Shown here in pieces: positions 27,716 through 41,291 of a stretch of DNA of 64,000 nucleotides. The stretch covers positions 62,001-126,000 of the forward strand of contig CAVNZM010000005.1 of assembly GCA_963693365.1 (NCBI GenBank), given 5' to 3'. A model generated the notes under the pieces. That model was not told where the DNA came from, did not search any database, and was given only the letters and a program-made list of their open reading frames with translations. The translations under genes and the position numbers were made by a program. The stretch comes from Amoebidium appalachense (lineage: Eukaryota; Protista; Ichthyosporea). Positions within the stretch are counted from its first letter, which is position 1; each line of letters begins with the position of its first letter.

Positions 27716-29002
27716 CCCACCCCACTGTCACCCACCCCACCACCACTGCCCTACGTCACCCTCCCACTTCTTGTCTTTGCTTATTCTTCCTTGTGATGTG
27801 CAACACAGGGACATATCCGGGCCACCTGAGGTCCAGCAACAACGCCTTCTTCAAATTCTGGGTGCCTGGAGAATGGAGCTTATGGAAACACCCGCTGACG
27901 GCAACTGTTTGTTTCATTCGGTGTGGCATTATATCAATCAGTATCTACAAAGCGGTCATGTAGCTACCCGTGAACACCTCAACACATTGGGGTTTACAGC
28001 TAATATGGAGCCTATAGAGGCGATTGGACGGCTACGCGAACTAATGGTAAACGAATGGCGGCGAAATCTAGCAGAATACCAAGGATTCCTTTCAAGGGTG
28101 ACCCTCGCATACGTAGCTGATGATTTCCGCTGTCCTCGGCGCGCCCATTTTGCTTCTGCAGCCGGTGACGCGATGGTGCTGGGCTTAGCCAACGCACTCC
28201 GCATACCAATAACCATTTTTAGCACGATTGCCAATCACGGTGTAGTTGCGGTCACTCCACCCACCGTCATCGAACCCAACATTGCCATACCCGTATCACT
28301 TAACGGTGCAGCAGATCATTACTCAGTGGTAATACCTCGCTTGTCGCATGCGAACAAAATCTCGGACAACAACCAAACACAGACATCACACTCAGTTGAC
28401 ACGGAAAACTCGACGGAGTTGGCGTCTAACGCTAACACAACTGACACGTTCGGTGGGTTGCCCGCCAAGGGCTGCAGCTGTAATAGAAACAGTAAGGATA
28501 GAACACGTTTTTTTTGTGGTTTTAAGAACGGCGGGGGAAAAGTGCAGGCATACGATGGGCATGAGCGTTGCATATGCGCAAAGAACAAGCGGGCATGCAC
28601 CCAGGCATGCAGGTGTGAGAATTGTGGCAACAGGTGAGCCGTATGATATGCATTTGCTACTTTTCTTCTTTTGCATCCTCTATTTGCCCACACTTGGTAC
28701 TTTATAATCGAAACCTTAACTTGGCCAAATCCAGGTATTTCTGCTTGTCCCTCTCTTTATTCCCCCCCCCCCCCCCCCCCCTTTCCCCCTCTCCTCCCCC
28801 CCCCCCCCCCCCCCCCCCGGGAGGGGAAAGAAAAGCCCCCTCTCCCAATCCCCTCCCCCTCCTGTATCCGTCGTTTCATGATGTCTAACCCCTCCTCCTC
28901 CCCCCCCACCTTCCCCACTGCTCACCACCTGCACACCCGCACACCATACACAAACTTAAACACACACACGCATGCACGTGTGCACGCACACACACAGCCC
29001 CT

Positions 29003-29033
<31 letters not shown>

Positions 29034-30750
29034 ACACACACACACACACACACACAATGCATCCGCGCATCATGGTCCATGCATACACGTGTGTGGATAG
29101 ATGCACAGGTGCACGAATCCACGCACGCACCCACCCACAGAGCACGTGTGCGCACGCACACACAAACACACATGTGTACACGTGCGCGCGCATTCACACG
29201 CACACACAAACGCACATACACATGCAGTCATGGACAGCGGCCAGAGCCAAACCGTCCAGGTCGCCCGTCTACCATGCAGCTGCATTTATCCGGCGAAGGG
29301 GGGAACCTTTCCCTGAGAAGTGGTGATGGGTCCAACACCACCCATACGGCCAACACAACAGCCACCAGGGGCAAGGCCACTGCCACGGTTCCAACGCAAA
29401 GGCGGCGCGCACGATTCACGCAAACACGAACCACAGATCAGAATGGTTTGGAGTATTATGTGTCTGTGGGCGAGGAGGTACGTTCGGGTAGATGGTCGGA
29501 TGCGGAGACCGCGTTGATTGAAAGTATTGTTATTTCGCTTGCGGAACAAAAGTTGCCGGCAACAGAGGAGGACATATTTGCACATTACCATGCAGCATTG
29601 GAGGGCAACGAGGAGGGTGTGGGGCTGGATGCCATCCTTTCCAAAACATTGAAACAAATCAAGTCAAAAATAGAACACATTGAGAAGGAAAGACGTTTGC
29701 GTAGTCAGGTGGCCGCCGAGGTGAGGGAGGAAATCGCGAGGGCTAAGGAAGCCGCTGCTAGGACAGTTACGGAGAAAGCAAGCGAGAGAGCACGAAACAC
29801 GAAACGTGGGCTGAAGTCACAGAGTAATTCACAGACTGCCCCGTCAAAGAAGGCCAAGCCCAGCGGCTTTTCACGTGCAAGCACCAACACAGGTGTTGCC
29901 CCTCAGGAGCATGATCCCACCAGTTCGTCAACCGATTCGGCGGATGAATTCCAAAGCACCCAACAGTCTGGGGTGATTCCCCCTAGCCAGCACCCGCACC
30001 ATCCGCAAGCGTTCCACCCCAGTTATTATCACACATACCCGAGCACGATAGCCAGTGCACAATGTAGCGTCTGTCAACTGACTTTAGCAATCCCTCCCCA
30101 TCTGTGTCATACTTACATGCAATGCTGTAGGTGCAAGGCCATGTTGTATGCTCTGGTCACCGCTTTTGGCATCCGCCTGCTCAGTTTTAGTGTCACGGAT
30201 AATAGGTGGAAGTGAGCCAATCCCTCCACGTAGTTTTTTATTTTTCTAATTGTTATTGTGGCTGCCAGCTGCTTTGGGGTCAGGTGGCAAACGTAGGGCA
30301 TGTCTAGTAGGTTCGATTAGTATGGGATTTGGCATCATGATGCCAAGACTTAGTCAACACAGTAACTTAAGAATCAGTTTGTTAGGTGTTAGTTGTAACA
30401 TTTAACTTCCAGTAATGTTCAGCATGTCAGAGTGGTAGTTTATGATTGTAATGTTACTTACAGTTTAACTGTAATGTCACGGTGTATGTAGAGTATGCTG
30501 TCACATTCAATGCACACACACGGCACACACACATGAACATGCACACACGCAACCACATACACGTCAAGCACACACTACGTATACATCCATGCATGCGACA
30601 TTCGCCTTTTTAATACCTATGATATCATTACGTAGTCAAAATACCATAATAATAATGTGTAGAAGTGATTGCAGGTCACTTTCACATGCTGCAGCTGTTT
30701 TATTAATAATGACACCGTAAATTAATGGCAAGCACACTGCAGACTCGGAT

Positions 30751-30814
<64 letters not shown>

Positions 30815-30936
30815 AAAAAAAAAAATCCCCCCCCCCCCCCCCCCCCCCCCGTTCCCACCTCGAAATTTTTGGGCGGGGGCGGGGGCGGGGGCCGGGGGGG
30901 GGGGGGGGGGGGAGCTTGGGAAACGAGGGTGCAACC
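24441..30936 (+). mobile_element. TIR DNA transposon copy 1 (6.5 kb, apparently non-autonomous) with 8-bp TSD
   Basis: 26-bp imperfect TIRs (GGTGCTACCCTCAATTCCCAAGCTCC versus the reverse complement GGTTGCACCCTCGTTTCCCAAGCTCC, 21/26). GCAATTTC is duplicated at 24433-24440 and 30937-30944. A second copy begins at 31011. Confidence 0.9.
26490..30215 (+). CDS. Transposon-borne spliced gene: OTU-like cysteine protease + CXC/tesmin-like Cys cluster + Myb/SANT-like helix + coiled coil + Zn ribbon (5' exons unresolved)
   Basis: In-phase GT-AG exons 26490-26790, 27809-28633 and 29228-30215. Motifs: TPADGNCLFHSV and ADHYSVV (OTU Cys/His boxes), GCSC...C...RCICAKNKRACTQACRCENCGN, RWSDAETALI...KTLKQIKSKI, CSVC...QCCRC. 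A probable further exon lies at ~25087-25334. Confidence 0.75.
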
Positions 30937-32484
30937 GCAATTTCAGCTTTTCAAGCAAGGCTCATTAGATCTGCCAATCAGAATGCGCCATCTGGGTTTA
31001 TTTGTACATAGGTGCTACCCTCAATTCCCAAGCTCCTAGGGTGTGACGTAATATTTGGCACGAAATTTATTTGGCACGAGCCTGCAAAACGGTGAAAATG
31101 GGGCAGGATGTCGCCCAGGCACCGACAGGAGCTTGGGGATACCCCTGGATGTGCTCCGCTAGCGGGCTGGTGCCAAATAAATTCGTGCCACATTTTACGT
31201 CACCAGGTTCGTGCCAAATTATTTGGTGCCAAATTTATTTGGGGCATAAATGGGTCGGTTCGAACTATTATGGGTCGAATCAGCTCGAATCGTTCCTGAC
31301 CCGTTTTCTGACCCGTTTTTGTGGCTCATCGTTGGTGGCGTCTGATTCGAGGAATAAACTCGAAAGGCGGGCTAAGCAAGACCACGTCAACCACGTGCAG
31401 GTGGTGGCGTACTTGAACGGGCAGTCACAGCCTGGACTGGCAGTTGACAGGTGTGACACAGCGCTAGCATCCTTATCATATTGCAGTAGGCTCATATAAA
31501 AATAATAAAAACAGACAACACCCTTTAATGCTCGATCATAACTGACAGTACATATTTTGTGTGAGCATGGGTTACAAACATGCTCGCGTCCGCATTGGAC
31601 GTGGGCAAGGCCATTGGGCTTTGCTGAGGATTCTCGTTCATGTTATCCTCGCCTTTTGTCTTTTGGCTGCAGCGGGTTCAACAAACAACCCAGATGGGGT
31701 GAACAAAAAAGTCATTAAGGAAAACAAATCTTGGTCTAAAGATCATGCCAAGCTGGAACAGCCATTCGTTGCACGGTACATTGATTATTGCATAGCGGAT
31801 CATGAGGACTCTGTCGAAGCTGGCACGTGCCCTCCCCAGCCCTTCCTCAGGGATTGGGTGTGGCATCAAACCCGTCATGGCGGCCGGATAGATGCATCTA
31901 CAGCGGAGGGAGTCCATCAGGTGATCTCCCCCCCTCTCCCCCCCCCCCCCCCCCCCTCCCCCCTCTCTCCCCACCACCCCCTGCCTCTTTTCCACTTTTT
32001 CTCTCCCCTCCCCTGTCTCTCTGTTCTGGGCCTTACAGGTGGTTCCTCCGTTTTAGAAGTTGTTTTTTATGTAATACGTTAGGTGTGTCCTTTTGCATCT
32101 TGTGGATACCAATGCCTTCACCGCTCAGGCCTTCCCTTGCACTTAATCTTATGGACCTTTGTGCCTCTCCCATGATCTGTTTGGCATGGCATGCTGCCTT
32201 TTCTGCTTTGGCTTGCCTCTTATATGTTGCTATCACCCGATAGGGTATGTGTGGCAACGTGTTCCATATGTTTTGTGTGACCATTCTGTGCAGTGTACCC
32301 ACTTAAAGCCCACTCCTCCGCTTTTCCCCCTTCCCTCCCTTCCCCTTTAAGCATACAATTAGTCAAGAGGCAGTACAGGATAGTGGGTAGAGAGTTTCTG
32401 TGTGTCACGGTGTATGCCTGTGGGTGTGTGCTTGTCTGTGTGTGTATGTGCCTGTGTGTGTGTAGTGAGTGTGTGTGTGTGTTG

Positions 32485-32531
<47 letters not shown>

Positions 32532-33065
32532 TTGTGTGTGTATGTGGGTGGGTGGGTGGGTGGGTACAGAGAAGGGGAGAGGGGGGGGGGGGGGGGGCGT
32601 GTATGTGTGTGCCTGTGTGTGTATGTTAAAGACAGGGGAGGGGGGAAGGGGGAGAGGTCAGGGTAGGGAGAAAGGGAGGGAAGGATGGGTGGGTGGGAGG
32701 GTTGGAGGGAAGGAGGGAGGGGGAGAAAGGGTAGAGGGAGGGATGGCGGAAAAGACAGAAAGAGAGGGGCAAAGAGAGGAGGGCAGTCGGTAAAGAGGAA
32801 GGGCGGGAGGGTGGGACGGAGAGGGAGAAGGGGGAAGTGGAGAATTAGGGCAGGGGGGGGGGGCCGAGAGCAAGAGGGGGGGTGGGGAGGGTGTGGGCGG
32901 TGTGTGTGTGTGTATGTGTGTGTGTATGTATGTTGTGTGTGTGTGGGGGGGGGGGGGGGGGGGGGGGGGGGTTGGATGGGGGATTCGGTTGGGAGTGGGT
33001 TCTTTATAGACCTGGCAACCATTGACCAGCTATTCTCTCACCCTGTCTTTGTGTTCACTCTGCAG

Positions 33066-33901
33066 CTTATGGCAATAATGGCAACCGTTCCTTGCCTGAG
33101 TGTGGTATGGAGGTTGGGTCTTTCGACAGTGATGGCTCTGACGATGACGATGAGGGGTCAAGTGACGAGAGCCCCGGTTCATTCAACGTGTCAACATGTG
33201 TGCGCCTAGCAGGCCGCAAGCTTAACGCCCGGCGTGCGATGCGCAAGCTGATTGGGTCTGTGCACAGCTCCGAAGGGTTTGCTTTAGCAGCACAGGACCC
33301 GGATCATCTGCTCTTCACTCTAGTGTTCTTTGACGAGGCCGTGGCAGCAGACATACAGCTTGCCAGGTGCTTCCTGCCGAACCCCCCCCCCCCCCCCCCC
33401 CCCCCCCTTCCCCTCCAACGCCCCCCGCTCCTCCCTCTCGCCTCTCCCCCCCCTTTCCCTGCAGGGCCTCCTCCCCTTTCCCCCATCCCCCTTTCCCCCC
33501 CCCCCCCCCCCCTCCCCCCCCTCCCCCCCCCCCCCCGCCCCCTTTTCTGCATCCCCCTCCCCCTCTCCTCCTTCCCACAATTCTTCCTCCCAACTGCTCC
33601 ACCTCCTTACTTCCTTGCACGTATCAATCCATCTCTCCTTCCAACCCAAGTGACACCAGTTTTTTGTCAGACAACCTGCCTCCCCAGGCCCACTTATTAT
33701 GCCTGTCCTGTTCCCCTCCCCCCCCCCCCCCTCTCCCCCTCAGGAGGGCCTCTGCCCATTCGTCCCTCCTTTTCAAGTCCTCCATTACCTCTTACCTCCC
33801 CTAATTCTCATTATTCTCTAATAGTATACCTATATCTTCCATCCTACCTTTTTGGAAGCTCCCTGCTTCTCTTCCACCTATTTGAAAGCATCTGCATCCC
33901 C

Positions 33902-33933
<32 letters not shown>

Positions 33934-34136
33934 TTCATAGCCCCTCCTTCATCAGTACTCCCTTACACCTGCCCGGCCCCCTTCAGAGTGCCTAACCCCC
34001 TCCCCCCCCACACACACACCCCTCCCCTTTCACACACCTGCACACACGAACGCACCCATGCATGCACGCATGCACCCTCCCTCGCAGCCACGAGCGCACA
34101 CACTCTTATTCACTTATAGAATTGTTAATAATCTAA

Positions 34137-34177
<41 letters not shown>

Positions 34178-34280
34178 CCCCAACCCACCCACACACGCAC
34201 ACACACACACACGCCAAGGTTTCCCTTGTTCTGCTCCTCGGCCTTTCCGCCTTCCCCATAATCTGTCTTTCTCTCTCTTC

Positions 34281-34320
<40 letters not shown>

Positions 34321-35773
34321 CCCACCCCACTGTCACCCACCCCACCACCACTGCCCTACGTCACCCTCCCACTTCTTGTCTTTGCTTATTCTTCCTTGTG
34401 ATGTGCAACACAGGGACATATCCGGGCCACCTGAGGTCCAGCAACAACGCCTTCTTCAAATTCTGGGTGCCTGGAGAATGGAGCTTATGGAAACACCCGC
34501 TGACGGCAACTGTTTGTTTCATTCGGTGTGGCATTATATCAATCAGTATCTACAAAGCGGTCATGTAGCTACCCGTGAACACCTCAACACATTGGGGTTT
34601 ACAGCTAATATGGAGCCTATAGAGGCGATTGGACGGCTACGCGAACTAATGGTAAACGAATGGCGGCGAAATCTAGCAGAATACCAAGGATTCCTTTCAA
34701 GGGTGACCCTCGCATACGTAGCTGATGATTTCCGCTGTCCTCGGCGCGCCCATTTTGCTTCTGCAGCCGGTGACGCGATGGTGCTGGGCTTAGCCAACGC
34801 ACTCCGCATACCAATAACCATTTTTAGCACGATTGCCAATCACGGTGTAGTTGCGGTCACTCCACCCACCGTCATCGAACCCAACATTGCCATACCCGTA
34901 TCACTTAACGGTGCAGCAGATCATTACTCAGTGGTAATACCTCGCTTGTCGCATGCGAACAAAATCTCGGACAACAACCAAACACAGACATCACACTCAG
35001 TTGACACGGAAAACTCGACGGAGTTGGCGTCTAACGCTAACACAACTGACACGTTCGGTGGGTTGCCCGCCAAGGGCTGCAGCTGTAATAGAAACAGTAA
35101 GGATAGAACACGTTTTTTTTGTGGTTTTAAGAACGGCGGGGGAAAAGTGCAGGCATACGATGGGCATGAGCGTTGCATATGCGCAAAGAACAAGCGGGCA
35201 TGCACCCAGGCATGCAGGTGTGAGAATTGTGGCAACAGGTGAGCCGTATGATATGCATTTGCTACTTTTCTTCTTTTGCATCCTCTATTTGCCCACACTT
35301 GGTACTTTATAATCGAAACCTTAACTTGGCCAAATCCAGGTATTTCTGCTTGTCCCTCTCTTTATTCCCCCCCCCCCCCCCCCCCCCCCCTTTCCCCCTC
35401 TCTCCCCCCCCGAGGGGAATAGGTCGAAACTCGGGTACTGTGGATGACGTGGGCCCCCCTGAGGATGGGCTCTGCTTATTATGCATACTCTTTATGTATG
35501 GCTTGCATTCTGCATCGTGTTATCCGTTTGTTCTTGTGTACTTCGTACTTTTTGACGCATTCAAAACCCCCCCCCCCCCGGGAGGGGAAAGAAAAGCCCC
35601 CTCTCCCAATCCCCTCCCCCTCCTGTATCCGTCGTTTCATGATGTCTAACCCCTCCTCCCTCCCCCCCCACCTTCCCCACTGCTCACCACCTGCACACCC
35701 GCACACCATACACAAACTTAAACACACACACGCATGCACGTGTGCACGCACACACACAGCCCCTCCCCCCCCC

Positions 35774-35804
<31 letters not shown>

Positions 35805-36972
35805 ACACACACAATGCATCCGCGCATCATGGTCCATGCATACACGTGTGTGGATAGATGCACAGGTGCACGAATCCACGCACGCACGCACCCACAGAGC
35901 ACGTGTGCGCACGCACACACAAACACACATGTGTACACGTGCACGCGCATTCACACGCACACACAAACGCACATACACATGCAGTCATGGACAGCGGCCA
36001 GAGCCAAACCGTCCAGGTCGCCCGTCTACCATGCAGCTGCATTTATCCGGCGAAGGGGGGAACCTTTCCCTGAGAAGTGGTGATGGGTCCAACACCACCC
36101 ATACGGCCAACACAACAGCCACCAGGGGCAAGGCCACTGCCACGGTTCCAACGCAAAGGCGGCGCGCACGATTCACGCAAACACGAACCACAGATCAGAA
36201 TGGTTTGGAGTATTATGTGTCTGTGGGCGAGGAGGTACGTTCGGGTAGATGGTCGGATGCGGAGACCGCGTTGATTGAAAGTATTGTTATTTCGCTTGCG
36301 GAACAAAAGTTGCCGGCAACAGAGGAGGACATATTTGCACATTACCATGCAGCATTGGAGGGCAACGAGGAGGGTGTGGGGCTGGATGCCATCCTTTCCA
36401 AAACATTGAAACAAATCAAGTCAAAAATAGAACACATTGAGAAGGAAAGACGTTTGCGTAGTCAGGTGGCCGCCGAGGTGAGGGAGGAAATCGCGAGGGC
36501 TAAGGAAGCCGCTGCTAGGACAGTTACGGAGAAAGCAAGCGAGAGAGCACGAAACACGAAACGTGGGCTGAAGTCACAGAGTAATTCACAGACTGCCCCG
36601 TCAAAGAAGGCCAAGCCCAGCGGCCTTTCACGTGCAAGCACCAACACAGGTGTTGCCCCTCAGGAGCATGATCCCACCAGTTCGTCAACCGATTCGGCGG
36701 ATGAATTCCAAAGCACCCAACAGTCTGGGGTGATTCCCCCTAGCCAGCACCCGCACCATCCGCAAGCGTTCCACCCCAGTTATTATCACACATACCCGAG
36801 CACGATAGCCAGTGCACAATGTAGCGTCTGTCAACTGACTTTAGCAATCCCTCCCCATCTGTGTCATACTTACATGCAATGCTGTAGGTGCAAGGCCATG
36901 TTGTATGCTCTGGTCACCGCTTTTGGCATCCGCCTGCTCAGTTTTAGTGTCACGGATAATAGGTGGAAGTGA
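33066..36972 (+). CDS. Second copy of the OTU/CXC/Myb-like transposon gene
   Basis: Exons 33066-33366, 34414-35238 and 35985-36972. The translation matches copy 1 apart from one F/L change (GFSRA versus GLSRA). Confidence 0.75.
35412..35566 (+). mobile_element. Poly(C)-associated retroposon, subfamily A, inserted in an intron of transposon copy 2
   Basis: Absent from the equivalent C tract of copy 1 (~28796-28818), so the empty site is visible. Confidence 0.9.
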
Positions 36973-37508
36973 GCCAATCCCTCCACGTAGTTTTTTATTT
37001 TTCTAATTGTTATTGTGGCTGCCAGCTGCTTTGGGGTCAGGTGGCAAACGTAGGGCATGTCTAGTAGGTTCGATTAGTATGGGATTTGGCATCATGATGC
37101 CAAGACTTAGTCAATACAGTAACTTAAGAATCAGTTTGTTAGGTGTTAGTTGTAACATTTAACTTCCAGTAATGTTCAGCATGTCAGAGTGGTAGTTTAT
37201 GATTGTAATGTTACTTACAGTTTAACTGTAATGTCACGGTGTATGTAGAGTATGCTGTCACATTCAATGCACACACACGGCACACACACATGAACATGCA
37301 CACACGCAACCACATACACGTCAAGCACACACTACGTATACATCCATGCATGCGACATTCGCCTTTTTAATACCTATGATATCATTACGTAGTCAAAATA
37401 CCATAATAATAATGTGTAGAAGTGATTGCAGGTCACTTTCACATGCTGCAGCTGTTTTATTAATAATGACACCGTAAATTAATGGCAAGCACACTGCAGA
37501 CTCGGATT

Positions 37509-37547
<39 letters not shown>

Positions 37548-37617
37548 AACCCCCCCCCCCCCCCCCCCCCTTCCCACCTCGAAATTTTTGGGCGGGGGCG
37601 GGGGGGGGGGGGGGGGG

Positions 37618-37772
<155 letters not shown>

Positions 37773-38481
37773 GCTTGGGAAACGAGGGTGCAACCGATTT
37801 GTGGATGTCTAGGGTACCAGCCAAATGCTCTTTCAAAAGTTTCACTAACCGTTTGGCGGGCACACTGGTTTCACAAGACTCTATGTAGGCCGCAAATTTA
37901 TGTTGGTTCATAGCCCATGATTATATATCATTGTTTAGCAAACAGCCTTGTACTGCCTTGATTAATAGTGTTGGTGTAATTCACGGATTCTGACTTGAAT
38001 TCGAACTTTACAGGGCCCCGAGTCTAGGGTGTACCTCTATTGGGACTTGCAGCCAATCAGCTGCCTCCGTTTCGGGCTCCCGACTATAGATACCCTTTCC
38101 TCCTACACTGAAACAAAAAAAAAGTGTGGAGAAACAGCAAAGAGGGAAAACGAAAAATACAGTGACTAATAGCTAGGAGACGGGCAAAAATGAAGTAGGA
38201 CTTGTAGTTGCATCACACTATTCATTTTGTCAGACCCAACCGGTAATGGCTTCAACACAGTAGTACTAATCTAAGTAGGAAGTGACCGTGCAGCTGTAAG
38301 CACGTAGACTGGCGAAGGGCAGTTTTTCAGAGCCTATAGGTAGAGGACGTTCACAAAGCTGTTGTGTTTCTCCTATTTTTATTTGTGTGTTGAGGCAAGC
38401 AGGAGGGTTGTCACCCAGGCATAGGCCTAGCAGCTCCGGGACATACACCACGTCTAGCGCACACCCCTTTGTTCCGCCGCC

Positions 38482-39839
38482 ATGCCCAACCCCGTGCCCC
38501 AGAACCTTGCCAAGCAGGCAAACAAGGCCGCCTCAGTCATCGAGTCATTCACCCAGCAGAGCGCAACCAAGGGCCCTGATAAGTTTCTCATCCCCCGGGA
38601 CGTTATCGATCGGTGCCAGGGCTTGGCCGTGATAAGTGTCGTGCGTGCAGGAGTGTTCTGCGCGATAAAAGGCGGTTCTGGTGTTGTGTTTGCCAAGAAG
38701 CACTCGGGGAGAATGGTCGGCGCCTGCCGCCATAAGCATGGTGGGGATCAGCGGGGGGTTTGCGTTTGGCGTTGAGCTGACCAACTTTGTGCTTGTGCTC
38801 AACACGGAGGATGCCGTCTTGGCCTTTGCACGGGGCAACGTCACCCTGGGAGCTAACGTGTCCGTGGCGGCCGGCCCTGTTGGGCGGTCTGCTGAGGCCG
38901 ACGTGGCCATAAAGAACACAGCCGCAGTTTTCACCTACTCAAAGTCCAGCGGCCTATTTGCGGGGGTTTCTTTGGAGGGGGCTGGTATCATCGTCAACGA
39001 TGCAACAAACAAGAAGTTTTATGGGCGAGAGATCAAAGCCGTGGAGGTGCTAACACACGATGGGGTTGCGGACATGAAGCACTATGGCGAGTTTGCGCGA
39101 CTATACAAGGCCCTGCAAGACAGGTCGGCATACAACACGTCCACGTCCTCCCTGGCCCCCTCAGCACCCAGCCAACGGGCCAAGTCCGTGAAGTCCCCTG
39201 CCTCAAGGTCCACCTCCAAGCCGTCCCTGCGCAAGGCACCCTCCCCACCCCCAGCAAAGGCAAAGCCACCGCCACCCTCACGGTCACCCCCCAGCGAGCC
39301 TGCTAGTAGGTCCTACAGCAGTGGGTCTGGCCTGGGCAGTCGCTATCCAAACACAAACACCACCTCGTCCTCGTCCTACGGTTCCAAACCAACCTACCCC
39401 ACAAGCACATATGCTGCCCCCCGCAGCACCTACACCCCCCCAGCATCCGCGTCTTCCTACCGGTCGAGCTACACCCCCGCCCCTTCCTACACCCCCTCCT
39501 ACACGCCCTCTGCCCCCCCCCTACACGCCCTCTGCCCCGTCCTACAGCCCCTCAGACTACGACCAGCCCGGGGCAGGCAGCAGCTACGGCACGTACGGCA
39601 CAGACACAGCCAGCGCCCCTGAGCCCTGTGTGCCTGCCCGGCCTGAGTGGGGGGACGTGGCCGTGGACAGGGGCCGTGCGCTGTTCGACTATGCCTGCAG
39701 CCAGCCGGGTGACCTGGATTTGCGCACAGGAGACGAGGTGTGTGTACTGGTCAAGGACAGCAGTGGGTGGTGGCAGGGCAGGAACATGCACACGGGGTGC
39801 TACGGGGTCTTCCCTGCCGCATATGTCAGCTGCAGCTGA
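38482..39839 (+). CDS. SH3YL1: SH3YL1/Ysc84-like protein (SYLF/YAB domain, S/P/Y-rich linker, C-terminal SH3); intronless, with two +1 frameshifts
   Basis: MPNPVPQNLAKQANKAA...IPRDVIDRCQGLAV...GGSGVV; WSAPAAI...GNVTLGANVSVAAGPVGR...YSKSSGLFAGVSLEG; SH3 ALFDY...DLDLRTGD...GWWQG...GVFPAAYV. The frame shifts at GGGG 38706-38709 and C9 39513-39521. Kozak context GCCGCCATG. Confidence 0.88.
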
Positions 39840-40058
39840 GGGCTGTGTGCGTGTTATGTTTTGTTTTTATGCAAAAGGAAACTAGCCTGGTGCCGACCGA
39901 CCACAGAATGTATGTTTATGTACCCCCCGCAGTAGTTATGAACCCCTATCCCGGGTCTGTCTGGGGTAGGGGAGGAGGTTAACCCCGTGCTGGCCACTGG
40001 TGTTTTTAAATATATTGTTAGCCTTGTCCCGTGTGCATGCTTACACTGGTATTCCCCC

Positions 40059-40188
40059 GATGGGCTCTGCTTATGACGCATACTGTGCGCATGGCTGATG
40101 TTGCATACTTGAATGTTTGCCTTTGCATGTGTCCTGCACCATGCTTCTCATCGTGTATGCGTACTTCGTACTGTGTTCCGCATTCAAA
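40059..40188 (+). mobile_element. Poly(C)-associated retroposon, subfamily B, short 5'-truncated copy
   Basis: Preceded by CCCCC and ends CATTCAAA followed by a C tract. Confidence 0.85.
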
Positions 40189-40215
40189 CCCCCCCCCCCC
40201 CCCCCCCCCTCTATA

Positions 40216-40255
<40 letters not shown>

Positions 40256-40389
40256 CAAAAACACAAACAGCAAACAAGGGTGCTCATGCAGGCACACACT
40301 CGCTTACGCATACACACGAGTACGTGCCTGCAAAAGTGCACACACACACCACACATACACGCACACATGCACAAACAGCGCGCTCACAT

Positions 40390-40435
<46 letters not shown>

Positions 40436-40444
40436 AGTATACAG

Positions 40445-40476
<32 letters not shown>

Positions 40477-40741
40477 AGATATGTGCGTGCCTACAGTGCG
40501 CGCACTCAGACACATTCACTCAGTTTCTTGCTAGTTTACCTATCCTCCCCTCCTCCCCCCCTCCCCCCCCCCCCCCCCCCCCCCCCCCCCAGCCCAACCC
40601 ACCACCCAACCCAGTCAACCACCCCATCACCCCTCATTCTACGACCACCACTTAAAAATCAAAACGACGGAACAAATATATACACAAAGCCGCACGTGCG
40701 CGCTTACATTGACACAAAGCATACATACACTCATTCCCAGG

Positions 40742-40773
<32 letters not shown>

Positions 40774-40892
40774 TGCACACGTGGCGCACACTCGCACACG
40801 CGCGCACACATACACACATACACACACACACACACCACACACACACACACACACATGTACACGTGGTGTACACCCGCATGCGCACGCACGCG

Positions 40893-40942
<50 letters not shown>

Positions 40943-41217
40943 CACATATGGCACGCACAACATATGATACATAGGTACATGCGCACATGGGTCTTTGCAG
41001 GTGCAATCATTTTGAACCCCCCCCCCAAAAAAAAGAAAAAACGAAGACAGGCTCCACTTGTGATGCACATTTCAGGTTATGCGTGCTCTTTTCCTTTTTT
41101 TTGCCTAATTGTTCAAAACAGCTTTGTGCTGGCTTGTCGTAAACAAGCATTGTTGGCATTTTGTAGCGTATTATACCTCCCCCCCCCCCCCCCCCCCCCC
41201 CTTCCTCCCCCTACCCC

Positions 41218-41248
<31 letters not shown>

Positions 41249-41257
41249 AAAAAAAAA

Positions 41258-41289
<32 letters not shown>

Positions 41290-41291
<2 letters not shown>

